Source: Eutreptiella sp. 'Long Island Sound 2002' (taxonomy: Eukaryota; Protista; Euglenida). From it: a stretch of 64,000 nt of DNA. Made by a program: the position numbers and the translations under genes. This document shows positions 61,443-64,000 of this stretch, piece after piece (the first letter of the stretch is position 1; the number at the start of each line of letters is the position of its first letter). The notes below the pieces were generated by a model. That model was not told the origin of the DNA. It searched no databases and worked only from the letters and a program-made list of their open reading frames with translations. Location: positions 188,170,001 through 188,234,000 of the forward strand of contig OZ038378.1 in NCBI GenBank assembly GCA_964036045.1, read 5' to 3'.

Positions 61443-64000
61443 GGTAAAGGTAAAGGTAAAGGTAAAGGTAAAGGTAAAGTGCTCGGGTGATCTCTGAACT
61501 CCAGCGTAACGGTTATCCCTCCCTATCCCAAGGCGCAGCACCCTACATAACACAACATTAATCAAAACAGTCCCAATTCCGGAACCGTGAAATCTCGGGA
61601 CACATAGAGAGCCACTGTATCATACAGGGCGTAGAAGTCCCAGTGCGGAGCATGTCCTCGATCACACGAACACACCACACACGCATTCTTGTACCCTTGC
61701 CTTGCCTCAACCGCTTGGCACCGAGGGACGTCACAGTACAGTAGTTGAAGCGAATGCAGGCCGGCTGCAGTGCTTGAGGTGGCACGCGCACGGACAGATC
61801 CGTGATCCATGGCAGGGTGGCTCGGGGCACTACATGCGGTGCCATGCCACCAGTCTCTGAACGGGCATTGACACTTGCGCCCTCGTCCATACCCACACAC
61901 TGTACCCCTCAAAGCCTATCCTATGTGTCCACACCTTACAGCTGTCAATGAACAGGGCTCGACGGGGAGCTTGCAGGAGCGCCTCGTTACGGGGGACGTC
62001 ACATGACATGCGTGCCAGAACCACCTTGGCCAGTGCCACCCCATCAGACTAGCTAAGCCGCCACGGTGCGCGAGCAGAGTGATGCATGAGTTCCGTCCAC
62101 CACACAAGCACCACCTGACTGGCACCGTGCACCGTGACTGCCCAAGAGCTCGCTGGCTACACCTCCTACTCTGGTACGACCCCCACTACCAGCACAACCC
62201 CCGAAACCACCACCCTGGCTGACAAATCGGTAACATCACAGGAGAGGACACGCACACGTCGTGCGACTTCCTCTAGCCGGGCCAAAAGCGCATGCCCCAT
62301 ACGGAGGTACAATACTGAACAGTACTGCACGTGGGACCATTGGTTGCCCTGCCTGAGTTCACAAAAACGGCATGAGGGCACTTCAAAAAAGGTGTGCGGC
62401 ATGGATGGCAGCAGGTGCAAATAAGCCACCCGATGATGAACCAAGGGCACTTCAGGGTGGTCACACACAGCACACCAAATGTCAGAGCGGAAACCGGAGT
62501 CCCCCATCTGCACCGAAAGTTCAGAGTCGCCCCACTCCGCCTCATCCCGCAGCTCAGAAAACAGGGAAACACACGAGATTACTAGGGCCGGACCATGCCA
62601 CAACACCACCGGCACATCACGCAGGAGACACAAGGCATTAGCTAGCGGGAAACCTTGGGACTCCGGGTGGTCCCGCCCCTAGGCAGCAAGATGATGTGAC
62701 CATTCTTGCCACCCGAGCAACAACCCCGAAGCCCCCGTGTCGTGCTGTGTTGGCGCCCATAGCTCGTGGACCACGTGCCAGACCTTGTGGGCCAAAATGA
62801 CCTTGGCGACACGATCGAACCACGGGTTCACCCACACCTAGCGTTGAAAACCACACAACAGCGCTGCCGCGCTATCAGCAGCGACCCAGGCGCGCCCCAC
62901 AGCCTCACGGCAAATCCAGACGCCCAACAGTTTGGCTATCCATTCAAGGGCCGTGGACGAGGCACCGACTGTGAGGATGCCCCAAGATATCTCCTGCTGG
63001 ACCCCCTCCCTATCGGAAATGACCAAGCCCATGCCTGCCCCAAGGGGACCACTGTCAGTGGGCTGAGCTAGAGTGGCGTCTGTGGTCACGTAAAGCTTCG
63101 GGGCCCCTGCCAGTGCAGGAAGCAGCTGTGGTAGGGGCGGGTCACGAAAACCCCAGGGACTGTCTGTGTGAAGGCGGTATTGCGGCAGTAGCACATCGAC
63201 ACGACTAGCGTCGTTGTCCCCTCGGGGTAGAGGACACTCGCGTTGTGCTCGAAGGAGCCTACACGTCTGGCTATCACGCCCATCTAGAGCCACAAAGTAC
63301 CCGTACAGGAATAGAAGGACCGCTTGGTGGTGCAACGACGGGCATCCCCAGCCAAGGCGCGCCGTGGACACTTGCAGAACCAGGGCTGGGACATTCTGCG
63401 GCAGGCAGAGCAAAGCGCGCACTGCAGACTGCAAACGGGGCTGCAGGCTCTCAATTGCCGAGGCCGGGAGAAAAGAGCCCCGGCACACATAATCTAGACG
63501 AGACAGAACATAGGCATGCAGCGCTCGTAGGGCCAAGGTGAAATTAGGACGATGCGCTAACACGAACGTGCACTAGCGGTGGATGTGGCCGTGCAGCTTA
63601 GGGACCAAGCCTGGTAGGTAGGTGCCTGGCTGCACCGCGATGCCAACCACATCTGGCACCGCTTGAGACGCGGCCGTGCATGCACCCTCCACGTTCCGTT
63701 CACCCCCAACCCACTGAATCTCCCCCTCATGGCCCAGGTGGAGCACCGTGTACTCTTGCTTCGCGAGAATATTATTGAGCGTGCAGTTGTGTTGTGCCGC
63801 GTGATGGGCAGCTACAACCTTGCGGCTGATGGCTGCCGCATCTCGTTTGATGTAGCGATGGTCATCGCCGAAGACACTTTAAGTGGGCAACACTACCTCA
63901 CCGGCATGGACAACCCACTGTGCAGCCCCACATTGCGACGCGCGCGTCCGGAGCGTACCCAGTAGGTTATAGCCCGTGGCAGCAAAACCACAACCCTGAG
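61443..64000 (-). mobile_element. Decayed non-LTR retrotransposon (LINE): RT, RNase H, Cys/His knuckle and tandem-repeat tail; 5' part lies outside the window
   Basis: A single frame from 63998 to 61830 contains QGCGFAATGYNLL (RT motif B-like), VFGDD (63861-63872, catalytic motif), thumb-like LHAYVLSRLDY...LGWGCPSL, RNase H-like YVTTDAT...GAGMGLVI...SSTALEWIAK...VAADSAAAL, and CRFC...SHVQYC. It has 8 in-frame stops. A (GGTAAA)6 tract at 61443-61478 is the putative 3' tail. Confidence 0.88.

Noticed and set aside
61830-63998. Fungal-type RIP as the cause of the TAG stops
   Set aside because: CpA and TpG dinucleotides remain abundant and the region is still GC-rich, unlike heavily RIPped DNA.

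Overview
Eukaryotic nuclear DNA, gene-poor and repeat-rich. It is most likely from a euglenozoan, probably a euglenid; this is inferred from actin signature residues, not proven. One gene is well supported: a divergent actin on the minus strand (14804-21687, 7 coding exons, six GT-AG introns, 379 aa). Other coding signals are weaker: a probable multi-exon plus-strand gene (~27.7-29.1 kb), a MITE-interrupted minus-strand ORF (10.0-11.4 kb) and a decayed RT-RNase H LINE that runs off the right edge (61.4-64 kb). The rest is MITEs, tRNA-like SINE heads, foldback minisatellites, microsatellites and unassignable decayed coding fragments. Two observations stand out. (1) A hAT-type MITE (10654-11091, 8-bp TSD AGTGTACC) whose TSD plus TIR end form a GT...AG interval; removing it restores the interrupted reading frame exactly, so it is a candidate introner-type intron. 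(2) A family of non-autonomous Helitron2/Helentron-like elements (asymmetric sub-terminal inverted repeats, GAA-loop hairpin, T|T target, no TSD). Copies are nested in each other and arranged head-to-tail over 41-50 kb, and their ~194-bp internal repeat has expanded into a small satellite with a higher-order repeat. No CRISPR array, rRNA or intact tRNA gene was found. Most ORFs in the supplied track are by-products of repeats or low-complexity sequence.
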